Below are positions 27,204-35,893 of a stretch of DNA of 39,696 bases, piece by piece. The notes below the pieces were generated by a model that did no database searches, was not told the DNA's origin, and saw only the letters and a program-made list of their open reading frames with translations. Positions within the stretch are counted from its first letter, which is position 1. Every line of letters starts with the position of its first letter. Both the position numbers and the translations under genes were made by a program. Location of the stretch: sequence record DRR723986_8398; one strand, 5' to 3'.

Positions 27204-27968
27204 CTACTCGGCGAAAAGATATCCACTGAGCCGGTTGGCCGCGTCTTGAATCAGGTTCACCTGAGAAATCAATAGATCAATAGACAGCCTTTGCGTTGGG
27301 CCGTGCATCGCAAGGGCCGCAACAAACCGGCCTCTTGTATCAGTTATTGGAACAGCCAGGGCAATCATGCCTTCCAGAAACTCTTCGCGGTCTAGTGAAT
27401 ACCGCAACTTTCGCACCTCAACCAATTCCTCTAGCAAGGTTTCCGCCGAAATATGCGTCTGGCCGGTCATTCGTTCGAAGTTCAAGCTGTGGACCAGATT
27501 TTGCCTTTGTTTCGGCGGGAGACTGGCGAGAAAACACTTGCCGCTTGCTGTGCAATGAAACGGAACGTTGGTGCCGATTGGCAGCTGTATGCGAAAGGCC
27601 CAGTCCGTTTCAACCCTGTCCAGATATCGCATGCCCCCGTCTTCTGGAACGACATAGTTAACAGTTTCGCCGACCTTCGCGGCAAGGTCATTTAGGATCT
27701 GATGCCGCGCGATGTGGTCTCTGGAGCTATGAATAAGGCCCGAGCCGAGTTCCCGCAGTCTTCTGGCCACTTGATATTTCTTTGAATTTCCAAGCCGGGC
27801 GATGAAACCGTTCTCTTCCAAAGTCGTACAAAGACGATGGACCGTTTGTTTGGGAAGGTTGAGGGATTCATTTATCTCGCTTGCAGTCATTGCATGATCT
27901 TTTCGCCCCAGAATCTCAAGAATGAGAAGTGTTCGGAGGTTTGTTGGAATCCGTTCTGATGCAGTCAA
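27204..27968 (-). CDS. IclR-family transcriptional regulator (IseR-like by context)
   Basis: HTH RTLLILEIL...LPKQTVHRLCTTLEENGFI, PFHCTASGKCFLA and YSLDREEFLEG. TTG start with GAGGG RBS; divergent from the GMC gene. Confidence 0.92.
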   Translation of the reverse strand: MTASERIPTNLRTLLILEILGRKDHAMTASEINESLNLPKQTVHRLCTTLEENGFIARLGNSKKYQVARRLRELGSGLIHSSRDHIARHQILNDLAAKVGETVNYVVPEDGGMRYLDRVETDWAFRIQLPIGTNVPFHCTASGKCFLASLPPKQRQNLVHSLNFERMTGQTHISAETLLEELVEVRKLRYSLDREEFLEGMIALAVPITDTRGRFVAALAMHGPTQRLSIDLLISQVNLIQDAANRLSGYLFAE

Positions 27969-28032
27969 GGCAAGGCCCTCGGGAAAAAATAGTGCATTTC
28001 TATCGAATCAGTGTACTGTCAATTTTTACGAT

Positions 28033-28055
28033 AAACGAGACCAAAAGTCTCATTT
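28033..28055. promoter_or_regulatory. Candidate IclR operator in the divergent promoter
   Basis: AAAc-GAGAC-caaaa-GTCTC-aTTT inverted repeat in the AT-rich spacer between the IclR and GMC genes. Confidence 0.5.
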
Positions 28056-28076
28056 TTTCAACATTAAGGATGAAAT

Positions 28077-29678
28077 TTGGAGTTTGACTTCATCATAGTG
28101 GGCGCGGGGTCGGCGGGATGTGCGCTTGCCAATCGACTTTCCGAAAGCGGAAAGCACTCAGTTGCGTTGCTTGAAGCGGGCCCGCGGGACCGCAATCCAT
28201 GGATCCATATTCCTGTCGGGTATTTCAAAACAATGGGCAGCCCCGGAGCGGATTGGCGTTACGAAACCCAAGCAGATCCGGGCCTTGCTGGTCGTTCCAT
28301 TCCATGGCCGCGGGGCAGAGTTCTGGGCGGCTCAAGTTCGATCAACGGGTTGCTGTATGTCCGTGGCCAGCCGCAGGACTACGACGGCTGGGCACAGCTC
28401 GGCTGCACGGGTTGGGGCTGGGATGAGGTCTTGCCGTTTTTCAAACGCTCGGAGAACTGGGAAGGCGAAGACCGTTCGGGCCTTCGTGGAAAAGACGGGC
28501 CATTGTCCGTCCAAAACTCCAGATTGAACCGTGAAGTTGTTGATCTTTGGATCGATGCGGCCGAGGCTTCCGGATTTCGGCGCAATGCGGATTACAATGG
28601 GGAAGATCAAGAGGGCGTTGGTTACTTTCAACTGACCATGCGCAACGGGTTCCGCTGCTCTTCTGCGGTTGCCTATCTGAAACCGGCACGCGGCAGGAAG
28701 AACCTCGAGATCATCACCAATGCCCAGACGGAGAAAGTCCTGATCGAAGACGGACGGGCCGTGGGCGTCAGGGCCAGAGTGAATGGCAAGATGACCAATA
28801 TTGGGGCGCGCAACGAGGTGATCCTCTCGGCCGGATCTATTGGTAGCCCGCAGATCTTGATGCTCTCTGGTGTTGGCGACGGCGACGAATTGGCCAGACA
28901 CGGCATTCCGGTTCAGAAGGAGCTGTCAGGTGTTGGCAAAAATTTGCAAGACCATTTGCAGGCGCGTCCCGTTTTCAAAACCAATCTGTCGACGATCAAC
29001 ACAGAGATCAACAATATCTTCAAACAAGGCATGATCGCGCTGCGTTATGCTGCCAATCGCAGTGGGCCAATGGCGATGGCTGTCAGCCTCGGAACTGGGT
29101 TTGTCAAAACAGAAGAGCATCTGGAAACGGCTGATATCCAGTTTCATATTCAACCGTTTTCAGCAGACAAACCCTCGGACGGCCCGCACAAGTTTTCGGC
29201 CTTTACGGCCAGCGTGCTGCAAATGCGCCCCGAAAGCGCCGGACACCTGGAACTTCGGTCGGCGAATATGGATGACCATCCGCTTATTCACCCCAATTAT
29301 CTGGCGACGGACACCGACTGCCGGACAATCGTAAAGGGCATTCAGATCGCGAGAAAAATCGCCCGGTTCGAGCCGCTGAAATCGCATGTAACCGAAGAAC
29401 ATGCCCCAGGGCCGGGCGTTGGCGTTGATGATGAAGCCGCTATACTGGATTGGGCACGCCGCACGGCTGTAACGATCTACCACCCAACGGGCACCTGCAA
29501 GATGGGCACCGATTCCATGGCCGTCGTCGATCCGCGTCTGCGGGTGCATGGCATAAAGGGATTACGCGTTGCGGACGCGTCCATCATGCCGCGCATCGTC
29601 AGCGGGAACACCAACGCGCCGGCCATCATGATCGGCGAAAAGGCGAGCGACCTCATTCTTGAGGATGCACGCCGATGA
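28077..29678 (+). CDS. GMC-family FAD oxidoreductase; probable isethionate dehydrogenase (IseJ-like)
   Basis: GAGSAG FAD motif, GRVLGGSSSINGLLYVRG, GKNLQDH, YHPTGTCKMG and SGNTNAP. The IclR + TRAP + sulfonate-gene context matches the ise cluster layout; substrate is inferred. Confidence 0.85.
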   Translation: MEFDFIIVGAGSAGCALANRLSESGKHSVALLEAGPRDRNPWIHIPVGYFKTMGSPGADWRYETQADPGLAGRSIPWPRGRVLGGSSSINGLLYVRGQPQDYDGWAQLGCTGWGWDEVLPFFKRSENWEGEDRSGLRGKDGPLSVQNSRLNREVVDLWIDAAEASGFRRNADYNGEDQEGVGYFQLTMRNGFRCSSAVAYLKPARGRKNLEIITNAQTEKVLIEDGRAVGVRARVNGKMTNIGARNEVILSAGSIGSPQILMLSGVGDGDELARHGIPVQKELSGVGKNLQDHLQARPVFKTNLSTINTEINNIFKQGMIALRYAANRSGPMAMAVSLGTGFVKTEEHLETADIQFHIQPFSADKPSDGPHKFSAFTASVLQMRPESAGHLELRSANMDDHPLIHPNYLATDTDCRTIVKGIQIARKIARFEPLKSHVTEEHAPGPGVGVDDEAAILDWARRTAVTIYHPTGTCKMGTDSMAVVDPRLRVHGIKGLRVADASIMPRIVSGNTNAPAIMIGEKASDLILEDARR

Positions 29679-29823
29679 CCAATTGGGATGAAACGCAAGA
29701 TTTCTTGCCGGGCGGGGCTTCCCCTTCGTCTGGCCAACAACGGATCACTGCCAGGTATGCGCCTTCGCCTTTGGCAGCAAAGAAAACGAACAGCGAAGGC
29801 AATAAAACTAGGGAGGAACTTTG

Positions 29824-30918
29824 ATGTTCAAACTAAAGTACATAGCAGCTGGTGTAACAGCACTGGCACTCACCGCATCGGCCGCGATGGCCGAAAAAGT
29901 ACTGCGTATCCAGTCGGTTCTGCCAAGCACAGCTGACGAAGTCTTCATGTTGAATGAGTTCGGCAAAGACGTGGCGGATCTTACTGGGGGTTCACTGACG
30001 ATCGAAGTGTTGCCTGCAGGGGCCGTCGTTGGCCCACGTGACATTATGGATGCGGTTGACGCCGGTCTTGTTGAGGGCGGCTTTGCCTGGACCCACTATT
30101 GGGGCGGCAAGCATGTGGCGGCCAACCTGTTTGGCGCTCCTGTGGCCGGTGCCGGTGTGGGCATGGACAACATCGCGTTCCTGAGCTGGTTTCAGTACGG
30201 TGGCGGCAAAGAGCTGTATGACCGTCTGTGGGGCGAAATGGGCGTGAACGTGAAAGGCTTCATGCTTCAGCCCGTTGGTCCCGAAGCTTTGGGTTGGTTC
30301 CCCAAGCCAATCGAATCCATGGATGACTTCCGTCAAATGCGTTTTCGTGCGCCTCCAGGCATGGTTGGTGCAGCCTATGCTGAAATCGGTGTTCCAGCCG
30401 TAGCAATGGGCGGCGGTGACATTCTGCCAGCTTTGGAAAAAGGCACAATCGACGCGGCCGAATGGTGCTGCCCGAAGCCTGACTCTGTCTTTGGTTTCCA
30501 AAAAGTGCTCAAGCATTACTACCTGCAAGGCTTGCACCAGGTCGTCGTGAACGCGGACATGTACGTCAACCTCGACTTCTACAATGGTCTGACCGATCTT
30601 GAGAAGAAGGCACTGGAAGTTGCTGCAAATGCATCGCTGTCAAAGTCGATGTCTTACCGTATCTACGAAAACGGCAAGGCGCTGAAGGATCTGACCGACA
30701 ATCACGGTGTTATCCTTGAAGACACACCAGCGGACTACTTCACCGAGTATATGGCCGCTGCCAAGAAGTCGCTTCAGGCCGCTGCTGACGAAAACGCGTT
30801 CTTTGCAGAAGTGTGGCAATCTCAGAAAGATTTCGCAGACATTGCAGTGCCTTTCTGGGCAGGTGCGCAGGCCTCAAACGCAAGTTTGGGTAAGGCGCAT
30901 GCCGACTCGCTGAAATAA
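29824..30918 (+). CDS. dctP: TRAP transporter substrate-binding protein DctP
   Basis: Signal peptide (…ASAAMA), FRAPPG, ALEKGTIDAAEW. Strong RBS GGGAGGA; start at ATG 29824 or TTG 29821. Confidence 0.93.
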   Translation: MFKLKYIAAGVTALALTASAAMAEKVLRIQSVLPSTADEVFMLNEFGKDVADLTGGSLTIEVLPAGAVVGPRDIMDAVDAGLVEGGFAWTHYWGGKHVAANLFGAPVAGAGVGMDNIAFLSWFQYGGGKELYDRLWGEMGVNVKGFMLQPVGPEALGWFPKPIESMDDFRQMRFRAPPGMVGAAYAEIGVPAVAMGGGDILPALEKGTIDAAEWCCPKPDSVFGFQKVLKHYYLQGLHQVVVNADMYVNLDFYNGLTDLEKKALEVAANASLSKSMSYRIYENGKALKDLTDNHGVILEDTPADYFTEYMAAAKKSLQAAADENAFFAEVWQSQKDFADIAVPFWAGAQASNASLGKAHADSLK

Positions 30919-30930
30919 AACCAGCCTTTG

Positions 30931-30964
30931 GTGCGGGGCCCCTGCGGCCCCGCGCTTCATTTTT
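30931..30964 (+). terminator. Terminator-like hairpin between dctP and dctQM
   Basis: GCGGGGCC-cctgc-GGCCCCGC followed by GCTTCATTTTT. Confidence 0.55.
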
Positions 30965-31030
30965 GGCAAGGGCAGGTGCCTTTTCCCAAAATGAAGACCC
31001 AAAAAGGGCTCTGATAAAGGGAGAAGAGGG

Positions 31031-33505
31031 ATGGCCGCAGACGAGGTGAACCCGGATGAGCTCGAAATCGCTGATGAGCTGATCGCGGAACGACGAGCAG
31101 AAGCACCCGGCGAAACACCGGAAGACATGACCGCATGGCAGCGTCCGATCACAGCGGCAATTGACGTGCTCAACTACCGCGCAGGCCAGTTGATCGCGCT
31201 GTTGATGGTGCCGCTGATCGTTGTCGTGGTGTTTGAAGTCATTTCACGGAACGCGTTTGCCATCCTCCAGAACGCTGGCTTTGAAGATCTTGCGCGCTCG
31301 CTTGGTCTTGGTCCGACACTTTGGGTTTATGACACCAGCCGCATGTTGGCAGGTGTCCTGTTCATGGCGGCGGCAGGTTACGGCCTCATGCGCGGCGTAC
31401 ATATCCGCGCCGATTTCCTTTACCGCAACTGGACAGACAAGACGCAAGCGACCGTTGATGCGACGCTCTATCTTTTGTTTTTCATGCCTTCGATGATATT
31501 TTTTACAATCGTCGCAAGCGAGTTCTGGTGGCTTGCCTTTTCGAGAGGCGAGACCATGCAGATCGACAGCGCTTGGGGGCCGCTCTTGTGGCCAGCGCGC
31601 CTGGCAATGCCTGTCGGTGGCCTTTTGTTAGCGTTGCAAGGCATTCCAGAAATTTTCCGCGCGTTTCACAAGATGGGGAAAGAGCGGGAGAGATGGTTCC
31701 TGAGGGCTTTGCCGATCTATTTGGTTGTATTGATCTGGCTTATTCTCGCGATCTTCACACCAGAGCTTGTGCCGGGGGGCGAGTGGTTCACCGACCTTAT
31801 GAAGGCAAAGCCCAACCTGTCCAAACCCACCATTGGACTGATCATGCTTGGCGCGATGCTTTTCGTGATTTTCATCGGCTTTCCGATATCGTTCACACTG
31901 ATTTTTCTTGCGTTCGTTTTCGGCATCTGGGGCGCAAACTTTAAACTGACCACCCTGTTGATGACACTGAACACCAACTCCACAATGCTGAACGACCAGC
32001 TGATGGCAGTACCTTTGTTCGTCCTGATGGGGATCGTGATGGAATCTGCTGGTTTAATGGAGCGGTTGTTCGCTTCAATCCAGATGATCATGGCCCGCGT
32101 GCGCGGGGCGCTCTTTATTGCGGTGTTGATCGTGTCGACCATCTTTGCCGCGGCAACGGGCATTGTTGGGGCATCAGTGACCCTTCTTGGGATCATGGCG
32201 GGCGCAACGATGAGCCGATCAGGCTATAACGTGCAGCTTGCAGCGGGAACGATCACCGCGGGCGGCACGCTTGGCATTTTGATCCCACCTTCGATCATGT
32301 TGATCGTGATGGGGCCGGTCTTGGAAGTGTCAACGCTCGACCTGTTCCGGGGGGCCTTCATCCCCGGTGCGTTGCTGGCGTCGCTGTATCTGATCTACAC
32401 CCTCGGAAGGTGCTGGTTGAACCCTGAACTGGGGCCGATCCTCTCTGAAGAAGACCAACCAGACACCTCGAACTTCTATGGTGCTGAAGTCGCGTTGATC
32501 TGTCTGGGCGTGCTGACGATTTGCCGCGTCTTCGGCTTGAGTTTGGGCGGAGCCTTTGGCGGAACCATCCCATTTGCCGGTCTGATTGTCTTGGGCGTCA
32601 CGCTGGCGGCGGCTTATGGCGCCTATCGAAAGCTGAGCACTTTACGACTGGTTCTGCCAATTGCGGTGGCATTCCACCTTTATATGATATTAGCCAATGT
32701 CGGCGCGGATGGTGGCCTGCCGATCTGGTCGATCATCTTGGCGGCATTCATCCTTTTGCTGGCCTATCTCGGCCGGGTGATCTACCGCGCGGAATCCGTT
32801 GACAGCTTTTACTTCTCTGACCTTTGGGATGAGTTTTTTGCCGGTCTCATGCCGCCTACGATCCTGATCTCATTTGCTTTGGGCTCGATCCTGCTTGGCC
32901 TTGCGACCCCCGCCGAAGCTGCCGCCATGGGCGCATTCGGAGCGATCCTGCTCTCTATCGGTTATCGCAAATTCACGATCCCAAGCTTTTTCGACAGCCT
33001 GATCAAGGCGCTTGAGATTACCGTTCTGATCATGTTCCTCGTGGCGGCCTCGAACTTCTTCGGCGCGCAGTTCAGCGCGCTGGGCACCCCCAAGATGATG
33101 ACCGAGCTGCTCTTGGGGCTCGATTTGTCCCCCTATCTGATCCTTATCATCGTGATGGCTTTGATCTTCCTGCTGGGATGGCCACTGGAATGGGTCCCGA
33201 TTGTGTTGATCGTCGTTCCGATCCTGCTGCCAACTGTCGAAGTGTTGGATATCTATGGGTTGGAACGCTACGACCTCATGGTCTGGTTCGGTATTTTGGT
33301 CGCGGTGAACCTGCAAACCGCGTGGTTGTCGCCTCCTGTCGCGCTGTCGGCTTACTTCCTCAAGGGTGTCGTGCCCAATTGGGATCTCAAGGATATTTAC
33401 CTTGGCATGATGCAGTTCATGCTGGTTCAACTGCTGGGCCTGGTCCTTCTGTTTCTCTTCCCACAGCTGGTGCTTTGGTTGCCGGCCGTTATGTCAGGAA
33501 ACTAA
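31031..33505 (+). CDS. Fused TRAP transporter small+large permease DctQM
   Basis: N-terminal DctQ (VFEVISR...GVHIRADFLY...), then DctM (AVPLFVLMG, GTLGILIPPS, GLATPAEAAAMGA, NLQTAWLSPP), with an extra hydrophobic insert in DctM. Confidence 0.92.
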   Translation: MAADEVNPDELEIADELIAERRAEAPGETPEDMTAWQRPITAAIDVLNYRAGQLIALLMVPLIVVVVFEVISRNAFAILQNAGFEDLARSLGLGPTLWVYDTSRMLAGVLFMAAAGYGLMRGVHIRADFLYRNWTDKTQATVDATLYLLFFMPSMIFFTIVASEFWWLAFSRGETMQIDSAWGPLLWPARLAMPVGGLLLALQGIPEIFRAFHKMGKERERWFLRALPIYLVVLIWLILAIFTPELVPGGEWFTDLMKAKPNLSKPTIGLIMLGAMLFVIFIGFPISFTLIFLAFVFGIWGANFKLTTLLMTLNTNSTMLNDQLMAVPLFVLMGIVMESAGLMERLFASIQMIMARVRGALFIAVLIVSTIFAAATGIVGASVTLLGIMAGATMSRSGYNVQLAAGTITAGGTLGILIPPSIMLIVMGPVLEVSTLDLFRGAFIPGALLASLYLIYTLGRCWLNPELGPILSEEDQPDTSNFYGAEVALICLGVLTICRVFGLSLGGAFGGTIPFAGLIVLGVTLAAAYGAYRKLSTLRLVLPIAVAFHLYMILANVGADGGLPIWSIILAAFILLLAYLGRVIYRAESVDSFYFSDLWDEFFAGLMPPTILISFALGSILLGLATPAEAAAMGAFGAILLSIGYRKFTIPSFFDSLIKALEITVLIMFLVAASNFFGAQFSALGTPKMMTELLLGLDLSPYLILIIVMALIFLLGWPLEWVPIVLIVVPILLPTVEVLDIYGLERYDLMVWFGILVAVNLQTAWLSPPVALSAYFLKGVVPNWDLKDIYLGMMQFMLVQLLGLVLLFLFPQLVLWLPAVMSGN

Positions 33506-33508
33506 CCC

Positions 33509-34555
33509 ATGAGCACACAACGTAGTTCTCTTTCCTATCTGAAATGGCCATTGATCACGACAGTTCTTGGGCTTGGCCTGACCGGCTGGCTGGGCTGGGC
33601 GACCAAAGGGGATTTGGGTGGCATTTTGTCCTTTCTCATGGTTGGCGCGGTCCTGGCGGCACTTGAAATCGCCCTGTCTTTTGACAACGCCATCGTCAAT
33701 GCAAACAAGCTGGACGAAATGTCGCCAGTCTGGCAGCAACGTTTCCTCACGTGGGGCATTCTGATCGCGGTTTTCGGGATGAGAATTGTGTTTCCGCTGG
33801 CCATTGTCGCCATTTTTGCATGGATCAATCCGTTTGCTGCGATGCATCTGGCGCTCGCCGATCCCGACGAATACTCGCGGATCATCGGGCAGGCGCATGG
33901 CCCGATCTCGGCCTTTGGAGGGACGTTCCTTATGATGGTTGCTTTGAAGTTCTTCATTGACGAAGACAAATCAATCGACTGGATTGAGATACTCGAAAAA
34001 CGCCTGCGTGTTTGGGGGTCAATCCGCGGCTTTGAGATCGCTTTTGTGCTGGTGATTGTGCTGATGATCTCGCGGTCCCTTCCGATACAGGATGTCGCCC
34101 CCTTCCTGACCTCTGCTGTCATGGGGCTGCTGGTCTTCACAATGGTCGAAGGTCTTGGAACCTATCTGGACAATATGGCTGGCTCTGCTGCCGAGATTGG
34201 TGCCAAGGGCGGACTTGGGGCATTTTTGTATCTCGAAGTTCTCGATGCCAGCTTTTCTTTTGATGGTGTGATCGGCGCCTTTGCCCTGACAACAAATATC
34301 CTGTTGATCGCGATCGGCCTGGGCATTGGCGCGATGTATGTTCGTTCCATGACAATCATGCTGGTCGAGCGGGGCTCTCTGGCAGAATTCCGCTATTTGG
34401 AACACGGAGCGTTCTATTCGATTTTTGCGCTGTCGATTGTGATGTTCCTGCAATCAATCGTGCATGTGCATGAGCTCATTACCGGGGGAATTGGCATGGT
34501 TCTGATCGCCTTGGCCTTCTACGCCTCCATCAATCACAACAAGCGCGAGACATAA
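33509..34555 (+). CDS. DUF475 / TerC-family integral membrane protein
   Basis: Motifs LEIALSFDNAIVNA, FLTWGILIAVFGMRIVFP, YLEVLDASFSFDGVIGAFA and YLEHGA. Confidence 0.9.
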   Translation: MSTQRSSLSYLKWPLITTVLGLGLTGWLGWATKGDLGGILSFLMVGAVLAALEIALSFDNAIVNANKLDEMSPVWQQRFLTWGILIAVFGMRIVFPLAIVAIFAWINPFAAMHLALADPDEYSRIIGQAHGPISAFGGTFLMMVALKFFIDEDKSIDWIEILEKRLRVWGSIRGFEIAFVLVIVLMISRSLPIQDVAPFLTSAVMGLLVFTMVEGLGTYLDNMAGSAAEIGAKGGLGAFLYLEVLDASFSFDGVIGAFALTTNILLIAIGLGIGAMYVRSMTIMLVERGSLAEFRYLEHGAFYSIFALSIVMFLQSIVHVHELITGGIGMVLIALAFYASINHNKRET

Positions 34556-34585
34556 TCTCTGCCAAGCTGTCAGGACGATCCGAAA

Positions 34586-35893
34586 ATGGCCCGTGAATAC
34601 TTGAAAAAAGCGACACTAACGCCGCGCTCTGATGAAAGCGAAACAAAGCAGGTTGTGGCCAAGATCCTTGAGGACATAGAGCGCGGCGGCGAAGACGCGG
34701 CGATGGAATACGCCAAGAAATTTGACCGGTATGACGGCAATGTACGCCTGACATCAGAAGACATAGACGCAGCAACCGCGCTGGTTCCGCAAAAACTGAA
34801 AGACGATATTCTGTTCGCTCAGGACAATGTGCGCCGGTTCGCCGAAGTGCAAAAAGCCACGGTTGCAGACGTGGAATACGAGATTAATCCGGGCTTAGTG
34901 GCTGGCCAAAAGGCGATACCGGTGGCTGCGGCTGGATGTTATGTTCCGGCAGGCCGCTATCGCCATATCGCCAGCGCAATCATGACCGTTACCACAGCAA
35001 AGGTTGCGGGATGCGAGCACATCACTGTTTGTTCGGCACCGCAACCGGGCGTTGGTTTGCACCCGGCCATTGTTTATGCGGCCCAGGTTTGCGGGGCTGA
35101 CAAAATCATGGCCATCGGCGGGGTTCAGGGGATCGCCTCAATGGCGTTTGGTTTGTTTGACCAGCCAAAGGCGAACATCATTGTTGGACCTGGCAACCAG
35201 TTCGTCGCCGAGGCGAAACGCACTCTTTATGGTCGTGTTGGGATTGATATGATCGCAGGCCCGACTGACAGCCTGATCCTGGCAGACAAGGGAGCGGATC
35301 CACACATCGTTGCCACAGATCTTGTGAGCCAGGCCGAGCATGGCTATAATTCTCCGGTATGGTTGGTGACCGACCACAGGCTATTGGCAGAGGATGTACT
35401 CGCTCGGGTGCCGGGGTTGATTGCCGACCTTCCAGAGTTGAACCGAGAAAACGCAGAGGCCGCATGGCGCGACTATGCAGAGGTTATGATCTGTTCCGAC
35501 CGGGAGGAAATGGCGGCAACGTCCGACGCATATGCGCCCGAGCACCTAACCGTTCAAGCCGATGATCTGGATTGGTGGCTCGATAGGCTGCGTTGCTATG
35601 GATCGCTGTTTCTGGGGGAAGAAACGACCGTTTCCTACGGGGACAAAGCGGCGGGGACAAACCACGTTTTGCCCACATCTGGCGCGGCCAGCTATACCGG
35701 TGGTCTCAGCGTGCACAAGTATATGAAGATTGTCACTTGGCAACGCGCCACCCGCGCGGGGTCAAAAGCCGTAGCCGAAGCCACAGCGCGCATTTCTCGC
35801 CTCGAAGGCATGGAAGGTCACGCAAGGGCCGCAGATGTCAGGCTCGCCAAGTATTTTCCAGACGAAGTTTTCGATTTGACAGCAGATGGCTGA
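34586..35893 (+). CDS. hpsN: Sulfopropanediol (DHPS) 3-dehydrogenase HpsN (histidinol-dehydrogenase paralog)
   Basis: HisD fold motifs (GGVQ, VGPGN, SQAEH, APEHL, GTNHVLPT) with HpsN-type segments (HIASAIMTVTTAKVAG, RLEGMEGHARAADVRLAKYFP). Followed by an SDR and a Zn-ADH as in hpsNOP; no his genes nearby. Confidence 0.9.
   Translation: MAREYLKKATLTPRSDESETKQVVAKILEDIERGGEDAAMEYAKKFDRYDGNVRLTSEDIDAATALVPQKLKDDILFAQDNVRRFAEVQKATVADVEYEINPGLVAGQKAIPVAAAGCYVPAGRYRHIASAIMTVTTAKVAGCEHITVCSAPQPGVGLHPAIVYAAQVCGADKIMAIGGVQGIASMAFGLFDQPKANIIVGPGNQFVAEAKRTLYGRVGIDMIAGPTDSLILADKGADPHIVATDLVSQAEHGYNSPVWLVTDHRLLAEDVLARVPGLIADLPELNRENAEAAWRDYAEVMICSDREEMAATSDAYAPEHLTVQADDLDWWLDRLRCYGSLFLGEETTVSYGDKAAGTNHVLPTSGAASYTGGLSVHKYMKIVTWQRATRAGSKAVAEATARISRLEGMEGHARAADVRLAKYFPDEVFDLTADG

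Noticed and set aside
26841-27229. 75-aa N-terminal extension of the MFS ORF and a 101-aa plus-strand ORF at 26924-27229
   Set aside because: A strong RBS marks ATG 26840 and the region contains the operator palindrome; the plus ORF has no motif and overlaps the IclR 3' end.
28077-29678. Annotation as choline dehydrogenase BetA
   Set aside because: No betB/betI/betC or choline transporter nearby; the context is IclR, TRAP and sulfonate genes.
34586-35893. Annotation as histidine biosynthesis HisD
   Set aside because: Sequence features and coupling to an SDR + Zn-ADH fit HpsN; there are no his genes in the neighbourhood.
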